This document shows positions 46,640-58,317 of a DNA stretch of 64,000 nucleotides, piece by piece. The stretch is from Somniosus microcephalus. Taxonomy: Eukaryota. The notes under the pieces were generated by a model, which saw nothing but the letters and a program-made list of their open reading frames with translations, was not told the DNA's origin and did no database searches. The stretch spans positions 278,566,001 through 278,630,000 of the forward strand of contig CM126204.1 in the NCBI GenBank assembly GCA_052327205.1, given 5' to 3'. Position 1 is the stretch's first letter. Each line of letters starts with the position of its first letter. The translations under genes and the position numbers were made by a program.

Positions 46640-47467
46640 GTGGCAACAGGAATTCGGTGCAGAGGGGGAAGGAGGTGCTAAGTAATTTAAGACAAGGGTC
46701 AACAGTAAATATATAAATAATCAGAATAATTAATTAGATCAAAAGGGATTTTTTAAAGCAAATTGATGGGATAGCTGAGACCCGTTGCCTGCAATTCCTG
46801 TGCCATGTGGGAACTCCAGAACGCTTCATGTGTCCTGGATAACCACATGTGCAAGAAGTTCCTTCAGTTGCTTGAACTCGGGCTCAGGGTTTTAGAGTTG
46901 GAGGAATGGCTGGAGCCACTGCAGGGCATACAGGAGGCTGAGAATTTCCTGGAGGTGGTCACCCCACAGCTACAGAGAGCTCAGAAGAATAGTAAGTGGG
47001 TGGCTATCCAGCAGGGTAGGAAGAGGCAGGCAGTGCAGGAATCCTCCGTGAGTGTGGCACTCTCAAATTGATTTTCAGTGCTAAATATTTTCTGGATCAG
47101 TCTGTTTCTAGCCCGACAAGGAAGGAAGCAGTGTTGGATCTAGTTCTGGGGAATGCAATGGGGCAAGTGGAGCATGTTTCAGTGGGAGAGCATTTGGGCA
47201 ACAGTGATCATAATATCATCAGGTTTAGAATAATTATGGACAAGGTACAATCAAGCATAAAAATACTTAACTGGAGGAGGGCTAACTTCAGTGAGCTGAA
47301 AAGAGATCTGGCCCAGGTGGATTGGAATCAAAAATAGGTAGGCAAAACAGTGATTGAACAATGGAAGGCCTTCAAATATGAGATGGTTTGGGTACAGAGT
47401 AGACACATTCCTATGAGGGGGAAAGGAAGGGCATCCTAAGCAGAGCTCGCTGGATGACTAAAGATTT
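46640..47467 (+). mobile_element. Fragmented CR1 (ORF1 N-terminus and ORF2 APE part), host of later insertions
   Basis: CNSCAMWELQ zinc-finger-like ORF1 start; PTRKEAVLDLVL..LGNSDHNIIRF APE motifs. Continues at about 49450-49638 and 63117-63705. Confidence 0.8.
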
Positions 47468-49440
47468 AGGGGAAAAAAAAATTGTTTACGCCAAGAGAAC
47501 TGCCAGTGTCATCGGCAACTCAAGTTAATGGCCGCAGCACTACCGTTGAAAAATTCATGCTGCGGGTTGGCAATGAGGAGCACAGCACTAACTTACTATA
47601 CCACGCCCTCCTGGTGGCGTTAATAGAGGCCTCTGACCCGAAGTTCCCATCCACAGTTGGTGTTGCAGCTTCTTACAGCCTCTGGGAGCGAGGCTGTGGA
47701 GTTTGCAAGGCATTGTGGGCAATTAAAGGGGCATTCAGAACTAATAAAAATTACAGTGCAGTGAAAATGCAACTTTCAGCCTTTACTGCATTTCAATAAA
47801 AAACACTATCATAAAAAAGTCCCAGATGGGATTCTTCAGCACTTAAAGCTGAATTCCCTTCCGAACATCAGAAAATGGGAAAAGTGCTTCAGCACTAACA
47901 CAAATGGCTCAGCCAATCAGGGAAGGGGCAACCAGGGTTTTGCATGCAGTACTCCAGCTTTGTGCAGGGGCTCAACACTGCAAGACAGGTCATCCACCCA
48001 CAGGGGCCAGGAGGCCCTCCAGAAAGAATGATGTGGGACCACATCACCGAGGCCGTCACTGCCACCCGTGTCACGTCCCCCCCCCCCACAACCTGGCTCC
48101 AGTGCCCAAAGAAGTTTCATGACCTCAAACCAATGGTCAAGATCAGTGAATGCATCTTCAAAAGCTGTCTCCTACCAACTGCATCACTAGCCTCACGAAC
48201 TTCTCAATGTAACCCCCCCCCCCCCCCAATCACTCACCTACCAACAATCTGTACTGATCATGGGCACATCTCTCATTCCTAACCTCGCCTCACCCTCTTG
48301 GAGGAGATGGTGCTGGCCATTCTTGGCAGGGGCATGGCTGAGCCCTTGGCCAGTGGCGGGGCTGAAAGGATACAAGATGCTGGTATCCTCATATATTATC
48401 CTCCTTCTAGCATGCACCTCTTGCTTTCCCGCTCTCCCCTCACCACAACTGCTTCCCTTGTGCCTTCCCTATTTCACACATCCAACAATGCAGCCAGCCC
48501 AACCAATGGTTAGCCAAGATGAGGGTGAGGAGAGTGAAGAAGAACAAGAAGAAGAAGATTGATTTGACACTCCCAGCCACCAGCTCCTCAAGATCGACAA
48601 GCAAGGCCATTTGCAGTGTCCCCCACTGAAAGTAAGCAGCCTTCCATCAGCCTTGCTGTAGCCACTGGGATAGCACTGCATGACATCAGTAGGATAGGCA
48701 AAGACATACACAAGACAGTCATGAAGAATGCATTCGGTGATGGGTTGATTTTGTAATGTCATATTGGATGGATAGATGTATAAAGTTGGATTGGAAAGTT
48801 TGCTTTGTGGTGGCTTTTATTTAAGCATCATGGCCAAGAGGACACTGTGATAGTCAATAACAGAGGGAAGGTAAGGTGTGGGACTAATGTTGAAAGGGGA
48901 ATTGGGGTTGTGGTCACTGGGACTGCAGGCAGCTGATTCCATCCCAGCTATCCCAGCCAGAAAGGAGCTCTCTGGGATGCAACCTTCCATCTGCTTCCTC
49001 CTCTTCAGCTTCCTCCTCTTCTGCTTCTTCCTCTTCTGTGTCTTCCTCTTCCCTCTGCAAGTGGATGCTGTAAATCTGAAATGACAGCATAAAATGCTGG
49101 AAATACTCAGCAGGTCAGGCAGCATCTTAACCTGAGACATGAACTCTGTTTCTCTCTCCAAGGATGTTGCCTGACTTGCTGAGTATTTCTAGCATTTTCT
49201 GTTTTCTTAGATGCCTTCCTTTACCATCCGAGGCCATGCAAGCATCCAGCAGCACTCCCTACACACTTAAAAAACTTTTAATATATATTGCAGCAAGCCA
49301 CTATTTCAATAAAATAAAAATAAAAAGTCCAAAGCTTAAATGCAAACTTACCTGAGCGATGTGTGTGTCCCTTTAAGAGGTGCTGACAGTGCCTCTGTCA
49401 GTTTCTTTGCACACTGGGTTTCCCTGGTGTGGTTATGACC
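47468..49440 (+). mobile_element. Internally deleted Harbinger with Myb/SANT remnant (+) and acidic transposase tail (-)
   Basis: MAQPIRE.. start at 47904; MMWDHITEAV..TWLQCPKKFHDL Myb/SANT motif; TC-rich (poly-E on minus) tract at about 48995-49055. Boundaries approximate. Confidence 0.65.
49061..49207. repeat. Palindromic Penelope-type terminal-repeat element
   Basis: AAAATGCTGGAAATACTCAGCAGGTCAGGCAGCATC (49091-49126) is inverted against GATGTTGCCTGACTTGCTGAGTATTTCTAGCATTTT (49163-49198). Confidence 0.7.
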
Positions 49441-50113
49441 CAGCACTGAACTGAGGGAAGTAAGGGTGGAAATTGCAGTGGCTCTGGCCACAATCTTCCA
49501 ATCCTCCTTGGATATGGGGGTGGTGCCAGAGGACTGGAGGATTGCAAATGTTATATCCCTGTTTAAAAAAGGGGAGAGGAATAAACCTGCAACTACAGGC
49601 CAGTCAGCCAAATGTCGGTGGTGGGGAAACTTTTAGAAATTCGGAGGTTTAGCGCCGGCTGTTCAGGCCAATTTCGATGAAAAAATGGCTGCCAACTTGC
49701 TTCCACCCTCTTCCGGCGGATCCCCTGGTGGCTGCCATTTTAGGGAGGTCAGTAGCGCTGCCATTGCCAGTGCTCGTGCCACATATTTAGATTAGGCAGA
49801 TCATGATGTCAATGAGTGTGCAATGCTGATTTGACGCACAACCTGCCATTTTGGACGTGACCGCTCCATTCAACGCCCTCTTCTAATCACGATCAGTTGA
49901 CCAAGATCCCCCAGCAGTGCTAGTTAAAGGGATTATCAACAATTTGCAGCTAACTTGCTTTTTCATTTCTACTGGCTCTGTCTAAGTTTGTGCGACCGTT
50001 TGGAGCTTTCTAGAGTTATTTAAAGTTGCTGAGGTGACAGGGAGTGTTGCTGCAAGTGGAGAACGCCTTGAATCTCATTTAAAGTGTTCTGTTCACATCA
50101 CTTGTTCCCAGTT

Positions 50114-51243
50114 ATGGGGCTCTACGTGCAGTCCCTCTCATGCTCAGGTACGATAGGGAGATGGAGCAGAGGCAGCGACGAAGAGGAGAAGATGCTCGCA
50201 GAGGGAGGAGGAGGAGGGGCAGGAGGACTGTCAAGGAAGAGCACTTCTGAGAGCTCTTCTCCGACCTGCACAAGCCAGGAGCAGTGTATTAGGAGGTTCC
50301 GCTTCACCAAGGAGGTGGTCGCAGAACTCTGCCACCTCTTTGAATCGGACCTGCAGCCTCAGAGCGGGGTGACCACGGCTCTCCCAGTGGCCCTCAAGGT
50401 CACTGTGGCCCTCAATTTTTTCACCATCGGATCCTTCCAGTCTGGAGCAGGTGACATAGCAAACATCTCCCAGTTCGCCGTCCATCGCTGCATCCGGGAT
50501 GTCACAGAGCTCTACTCCAGGAGAAGGGACTTCATTGTCTTCTCTCTTAACAGAGAGAAGCAGGACGTGCACGCATGTGGCTTTGCCAGGATAGCGGGCC
50601 TCCCCGTGGTGCAGGATGCCATCGACTGCACACACGTGGCTTTGCAGGCGCCATATACCAATCCTGAGTTGTTCAGTAACCGTAAAGGCTACCACTATCT
50701 TAATGTGCAGTTGTTGTGTGACCACACCCAGCGCATCATGATGGTGAATGCCCACTATCCTGGCAGCAGTCATGATGCTTTCATCCTGCGCCAGTCCAGT
50801 GTGCCAGCAATGTTACAACAACCACGTCAAAGCTGAGGGTGGCTGCTCGGAGACAAGGGCAATTCTCTCTGCACTTAGCTGATGACTCCCCTCCGCAACC
50901 CCACCACTCGTGGCCAGCACTCATTTAATGACAGCATGCTGCCACGAGAAACATCATCGAGCAGACCATCGGGGTGCTCAAGAAACAGTTCCACTGCATT
51001 GACCGCTCGGGAGGAGCCCTCCAGTACTCACTGGAGTGGGTGTCCCATTTTGTGGTGGTCTGCTGCATACTCCACAACTTGGTCATCATGAATGCACAGT
51101 CCTTGCCACCATGGGTTCTGGGACCACCTCAGGAGGAGGAGGAAGAGGAGGAGGAAGAGGCGGAGGAAGGGAGGAGGCAGGCAGCACATCCACATTCCGG
51201 ATGGGCTGTCCGTGAGCGCCTCATCAGACTCCGGTTCCAGTGA
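50114..51243 (+). pseudogene. Harbinger DDE transposase with stops and frameshifts
   Basis: RRFRFTKE, AIDCTHV, NRKGYHYLNVQ, YPGSSHDAFIL, LLGDKG, IEQTIGVLK, CCILHN, acidic tail; in-frame stop at 50834. Confidence 0.9.
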
Positions 51244-53210
51244 CTGAAACCACAGATCCCCGTTGCTCACCACCGCCCCATCACACCTTCCCTCTGTCAC
51301 AGAACATCACCGCATCCCCCTGAGCACAAAGCTGAAATGAGAGCCACCACAAAACACACATTCGAAACATAATTTATAAATTTATCAAATTCAAATCAAA
51401 AGAACAAAGTCAACTAATCACCCTTATGCATTCCCTTAGTGTCTGTCTTTCGTCTGCCTTTTCCGACTCTAGTGCTCCTATGAAGTGCTCCCCCAGTGGC
51501 TGCAGCATGGCTGGTGGAAGACTGCTGACTTTCAGTGTGGGTGACTAAAGATGGCCTTGCAGGACAACTTCTAGCAGCTTTGGACCGAGAAGGCCGGCTG
51601 TAGACTCGACATAGGCTCCAGCAGCCTGGGCTAGCTGGATGACAGGCAGCAGCAAGGGCACTGGTGGAATGGCAGTGATGAGAGTAGGAATGCTGTCATC
51701 CTGAGGGAGGACAGCAGGTTCTTGCTCCACAGAGCCACTGCCACTCATCTGGGGCAGTGCATCAGCATTCCTAGCAATCTGTTGAAGCACGGTTTGCTGG
51801 CCTGCTGCGACACCCTGCAGCCCCTTTTGACACTCTACCCAGCAATGATGGCAGCAGTCTGACCTTGGGTGGCTTCAAGCTGAGACTGCAGGAGAGCAGT
51901 CTGCGCTTCCACTGCAGCACTGAGACATTGGGTCGCTTCCGCCTGTGCTGCAATGCATGCTGCGAGATCGCCCATCACACCAGCATCATCTTTGGGTTCA
52001 CAAGTTCTCTCATGGAGTTGCCCATCATTTCCATCCTGGAACTCATGGGCTCCAAGCTCTGCACAAAACCCTATGAAATGTTGGAGTGGATTGCTCCATG
52101 CTCCTTGATACTGACAAACGGCTCCTTGGCAGGCTTGCCATTGCACCTAGAATTTCCGTGTGCATGCCCATCACCCTTCTTCTGAAGGTGCCCCATCGAG
52201 GTCATCATCTGAGACCTGTGGAGCAGAACTTTTGCACAAACTCACCCTCTGAGGAGCTGGCGCCCAAGCTACCCTTTCTCACTGGCCTGGCTGCAGCCCA
52301 TTTGTGCCCGGTGACTCACTACGTGCAGATCCCGCCTCTATAATACCCTCTAAAGTACGCGCAGTGTCATTTTCTGAGCTGGTGTCTGCGAGTGTCAGAT
52401 GCAGTGATGGTGTGTCGTCTTCTCCTCCATCAGTCTCTTCCACAACTTCAGGGACAGGCTGGCCAGGTTGCAATTCTGAAATCAGAAAAGGCACAAGGGT
52501 CAGGTTGTGGAGAGGGGAGGGGGGGAAAGCAAGATATCCATGCATACACCATCAGCAGCTGGTAAGTGAGAAGAGATTGTGGGATCACAGGAAAGTGGGA
52601 TGTGAGAAGAAGGATTAGGTATGAGCATACCATCATCATCAGCAATGCTTTCCACTTCTCCGCTCACCACAGACTCTGTCATAATCATAACAGCCCCTCC
52701 AATGATGTCCAGCACTGCTTCCTCCAAGTCAGTCAGGTTGTCAAGCATTGTTTGGCCACCTCCCATCTGCTGTTGCTGTCTCCGGTTGTGTGCCACCGTG
52801 GCCTGCAAGAGAGAGGAAACTGTGTCAGTGACTGTGGAGTAATGTGTTTGGGTGATGTGCCTGTCATGGTTGAATAGCTGGCAGTGTGTGCAAGGTGTGA
52901 GATGTGGGTGTGAGGCTTGCAGCAATGGTAAGTCTGTGAGGGTGAGGTGAAGCTATGATTGTGAGGTATGAGTGGTGATTGATATTGATTGTTGGTAGGT
53001 GAGTGATGGGGGTATGGTGCACTGAGCAGTGTGTGAGGCTTGTGGTGCTTGTTGTGTCAGTACCTTTCTACCTAGACACAATTTAGGACTCAGAACTCAG
53101 AGATTCAAACATGAAGTGCTTTATTGGAAGGAAAGGAGGTTCTGGAAAGTTCCGAACAAAGAGAGCTAAACTTAACAGAGAACACCCAACCATTTATCTG
53201 CTGTGACACC

Positions 53211-56200
53211 TGTGGTGTATGTGCCTTTAAGAGCAATTATGGTGTATGTGCCTTTAAGAGCCCCAGGTGTGCGTAATGCCGGTAATTGCCACTTGGGCTA
53301 TATAAGCCTGTGTATTGTGTATATCCTTTAGAAACCCCCCCCCCAGACTTGCTTAGTAAATACCTATGAACCAACTCCTGTCTTCAGTGTCTTTATCTAC
53401 ACACGGACACTACAGTGGCGACGAAGTGGAAACGGACTTACCTGCAATTCGGCAGCACCTCAAGGACATCGATTCCTCCAGCGTCCAGAAGACTCAAGGA
53501 AGTAAGAGAAACTGTGGTTTCACCAGCTGGCCAAGCTGGTGACAGGTACTGCGCTAATCCTTCCTGGGCGTCAGGCTGGAGCTCCAGCGGCAGGCTCTAC
53601 AGCCGAGACAGGCAGCGAAATCGGAGGCAAGCAATAACGGACTGGGAGGGTGCACTCGAGAGACGGCCGGCGCGGCAAGCAGGTCACCGTTTAGACCTCC
53701 GGCGGGAACGAGTCTCCAACAGCGAATAAATGGAAACCACAGTAAAACAGCGTTGTTATCGGTAGCAGCGGCGGGAAAGCGCGGGAAGCGCCATATCGTT
53801 GCTACAGAGAGAAAAAAAAAAGTGCGGGAAGCGCCATATCTTTTCTGAAATGCCTAAATCTGGTAATATTGAGGCTTTTGATGGTGAAATAGAAGATTGG
53901 ACCACATACGTGGAAAGAGTAGAGGTTTATTGCACTGCAAATGGAATAACAGATGAAAAAAAAGCTTCAGTACTTCTGAACTTAATGGGCGCGAAGACAT
54001 ACGGGCTGTTACGAAATTTAATCACTCCAGCCAAACCAAAGGACAACACTTTTAAAGAAATTGTTGATACCCTGCAGGAGCATTTAAACCCAACACCGCT
54101 GCTGATAGCGGAACGATTCAAGTTCTTCAAGATAAATCAACACAAGAATGAAAGTAACGCTGATTACCTAAACGAATTAAGAAAGCTATCAAAGTATTGC
54201 CAATTCGGAGCAGGACTATTGGATTATCTTCGAGACAAATTTGTTTGCGGTCTCTTAAGTGAAGGAACACAAAAAAGACTGCTTTCTGAAAAAGATTTAA
54301 CATTGGACAAAGCTTTCAGTATGGCTGTATCATACGAAGCAGCAGCAAAAGGAGCTGCAGAGATACAACAAGAGACACAGGACTTCGGCACCCATAAAAT
54401 GACACAGGAGTTCGGAAGATGTTATCGCTGCGGCAGATCCACCCATAACCAGAGGGACTGCTGGTTCAAGGGCAAAGCATGCAGGCAATGTGGTAAGATT
54501 GGACACATTGCACGGGTATGCCAATCTGGACAAAATAAATCCACTGACAGAAAACAAAAAATCAATAAAGAAAAGTACAGGAAGGTAAAAATGATGACGG
54601 ACAATAGCTCCGAAGACCAGAATAACGATAGCGACTCCGGAAACAAGAGACTAAGCTGTCTCAAATTACATAATGTATTTGCCAAAGAGGATTACCAAAC
54701 CATTTGGGTTACCCTCACAATAGCAGGGTCCCCAGTTAAAATGGAGCTAGATACAGGATCAGCTCTAACCGTAATAAATCGACGAGATTACGAGAGGCTA
54801 TTTTCGCATATACCTCTAAAAGACACATCCATTATCTTAAAAACATATACGGGGCAGAAAGTCTACCCCAAAGGAAAAATAAGGGTGCCTGTGGTATACA
54901 ACGGCAAAGAAATACAAAAGTTGTATTTATACATTCTACAAGATGGTGGTCCACCGTTGTTGGGACGTGAATGGATAAGGAAGATACGTTTAGACTGGCA
55001 CTCCATTCAGGCACTGACGGTAAGGAAAAAAACAATGATGACATCATACCTGAACGATTAAAAGACATCTTGGCCAACGCCAAAGAAGTGTTTCAAGAGA
55101 AACTAGGAACCTTGAAAGGCATCACCGCCTCAATAAAAGTGGAAGATACAGCAATTCCAAAATTTTTTAAGGCAAGACCGGTGCCATACGCAATATGTCC
55201 GGCAGTCGAGGCAGAGCTGAAGAATTTGGAGAAGGCAGGCGTATTATCCAAAATAGATTGGAGCGAATGGGCAACACCCATCGTTCCAGTCATGAAAAAA
55301 ACATTGAAAAATAACTCTGAGGAACAGAAAAAAATTCGCATCTGTGGGGACTTTAAGGTGACTGTAAACCCGGTCCTTCACACGGTACAGTATCCTCTGA
55401 GGATAGAAGATATTTTCGCCTCACTATCCGGAGGGAAACGTTTCACAAAAATTGACTTGGCACAGGCATATCTACAGATGGAGGTTGAGGAGACCTCTAA
55501 AAAGTATCTCACAATAAACACACACAAAGGCCTGTACCAGTACAATCGACTGGTTTTTGGAATAGCATCAGCTCCAGCTATCTGGCAAAGAGCTATGGAG
55601 CAAGTCCTGCAAGGGATTCCGGGGACTCAATGCTACCTAGACGACATCCTTATAACAGGAGAAAACGACAACGAGCACCTTGCCAATTTGGAGCAGGTGC
55701 TCACTAGGCTGAAAGAACGGGGCCTACGAGCAAATCGCCCCAAGTGCGAATTTTTCCAAAATCAGATATCATATTGTGGCCACATAATTAATAAGGAAGG
55801 GTTGCATAAGTCACCTGAAAAAATTGAAGCAGTTATAAAAGCCCCAGCACCTGAAAATGTTTCACAATTAAGGTAATTCCTGGGATTAATAAATTACTAT
55901 CATAAATTTTTACCGAACTTATCAACTATTCTACACCCTCTTAATGATCTTCTATAGACAGGAGTGATTTGGAAATGGAACGAAGACTGTAAACGTGCCT
56001 TCCATAAATGTAAAGACTTAATCACATCCGAGAAAATTTTGGCTCATTACAACCCATCACTACCAATCAGACTGGCGTGCGATGCATCCCCTTACGGCAT
56101 AGGAGCGGTATTGTCCCATAGATTCCCTGATGGCTCGGAACGGCCGATAGCTTTTGCGTCACGCTCATTGAACTCAGCTGAGCGTAACTATGCCCAGATA

Positions 56201-58119
56201 GACAGGGAAGCACTCAGCCTGGTATGGGGAGTGAAGAAATTCAACCATTACCTACACGGACAAAAATTTACCTTGCTGACTGACCATCAACCCCTCATCT
56301 CCATATTCAACCCTAAAAAAGGTGTCCCCATTATGACGGCACAAAGACTACAGAGGTGGTCCCTTTTTCTAGGGAAACACCAATACAACATTGAATACAA
56401 AGGGTCAAAACAGCATGGGAATGCTGACGGTTTATCACGCCTACCGTTGCCAACAATAGAAGAGGCACCTACAGTAGACCCAGTAGAGATATTCCACTCT
56501 ACCATAGTGGAATGTCTACCGGTGACAAATTCTGCCATTGAAAGGGAGACAAGAAATGACCCTACTCTCTCACGAGTCTACGATTTAACAGTGAAGGGAT
56601 GGCCAGCACATGGCGAACCACTGTTGCCAGCATTCTCGCAAAGAAGAGAACAGCTGTCAGTGTGCCGAGGAACCTTGATGTGTGGATCCAGAGTGGTGAT
56701 TCCACCCAAACTCCAGGATAAAGTGCTAAAGGAGCTTCACGAGGGGCATCTGGGTGGAGTGAAAATGAAGAACCTAGCTAGGGCGTTTGTATGGTGGCCA
56801 GGTATCGATGGAGACATCGAAGACATGACCAAGAGCTGCCTAGGATGCCAGAAGGTCCAAAATGCTCCGCCACAGGCCCCTCTACATCCATGGGAGTGGC
56901 CCTCATCTCCCTGGCAAAGGATGCACATCGACTTTGCTGGTCCATTTATGGACTCAATGTTCTTAATCGCAGTTGATGCACACTCCAAGTGGCCGGAGGT
57001 AATAAAGATGTCCTCCACCACCACGGAAAAAACCATCACAGTATTAAGGACCATATTTGCCAGGAATGGGCTGCCGGAGCAGATATGTTCTGATAATGGA
57101 CCGCAATTTGTGTCCGAAGAATTCAGAAAGTTCTTAAAGAACAATGGGGTAAAGCACTACACGTCCGCCCCATACCATCCCGCCACCAATGGATTGGCTG
57201 AAAGGTTTGTCCAGACCTTCAAGAAGGCCATCAAGGCCATGGGTAATGAAGACATAAAACTTCAGCACAAGGTGGATAACTTCTTATTTGCCTATAAGAA
57301 TGCAACACATATGGTTACTAACCAAACTCCCGCCATGATGTTCTACAATAGAAACCTAAGATGCCGGCTGGATTTGGTCAAGCCCAACATCCGAAGGGAC
57401 GTGGAGAACCGGCAGTTTCAGGGCATGAATGAAAGGCCAACTAGGGCCTTCCAGATAGGCCAACCGGTTTTGGCCCGGGACTACCGTACCGAGAAATGGC
57501 AGCCTGGAACTATCTGCACACGATTAGGACCACTGATGTATACCGTGGACATCGGAGACAGCATAATAAGGCGCCATGCTGACCAAATCATCAAGTCATC
57601 CGAAAAGGGACAACCTACACCACCACTCTATACATCTAACGATGAAGTAGAGATACCCATATCTTCCTCCGATCCGGTGATACTGGAGCCCGATGAACCC
57701 GACACTGGCCTTCAAGCCGAATCAGCCTTGCCAGAAGAACCTACTACACCACCAGAAACTACTACACCCCCGAGGCGTTATCCGGACCGAGTCAGGAAGC
57801 CTCCTGAGAGACTAACTTATAATTAATTAATACAGCAATGTATATTATTTTGCATATAACATGTAATTAATAATTACTTAAAATATGATGCACTAGTTAG
57901 CTAGAAGGGGAGGAATTGTGGTGTATGTGCCTTTAAGAGCAATTATGGTGTATGTGCCTTTAAGAGCCCCAGGTGTGCGTAATGCCGGTAATTGCCACTT
58001 GGGCTATATAAGCCTGTGTATTGTGTATATCCTTTAGAAACCCCCCCCCAGACTTGCTTAGTAAATACCTATGAACCAACTCCTGTCTTCAGTGTCTTTA
58101 TCTACACACGGACACTACA
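53211..58119 (+). mobile_element. Ty3/Gypsy LTR retrotransposon B (same family as A), inserted in the 3'LTR of C
   Basis: ACACC TSD (53206-53210, 58120-58124); LTRs 53211-53414 and 57917-58119; PBS TGGCGACGA; PPT AGAAGGGGAGGAAT. gag-pro 53799-55061, RT 54971-55876, RNaseH-IN 55964-57826. Confidence 0.97.
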
Positions 58120-58317
58120 ACACCGCCACCACAGGTGGGAGGAGAACACAAAATACATAACATTTCCTCCCCTCTTAAATGGAAGGTCCACATTATTCCT
58201 CAACAGGTAAGTTACTTTCAATGCAGTCAACGAAGCTAGGGTAGAGGTAGACTGCCTCAAACCCTGACTTTACCCTGGGGTTTATTCTGCCCCAGTCTTG
58301 TGGGTAAGTCACTAAGC

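Noticed and set aside
50084-51243. Domesticated HARBI1 or NAIF1-like host genes (also 13948-15022)
   Set aside because: Stops, frameshifts, TIRs and multiple related copies show these are decayed transposons.
53415-53729. Short ORF MATKWKRTY.. shared with 44138-44329
   Set aside because: Starts at a GTG within the PBS, has different stops in the two copies, and the similarity is explained by shared element ancestry.
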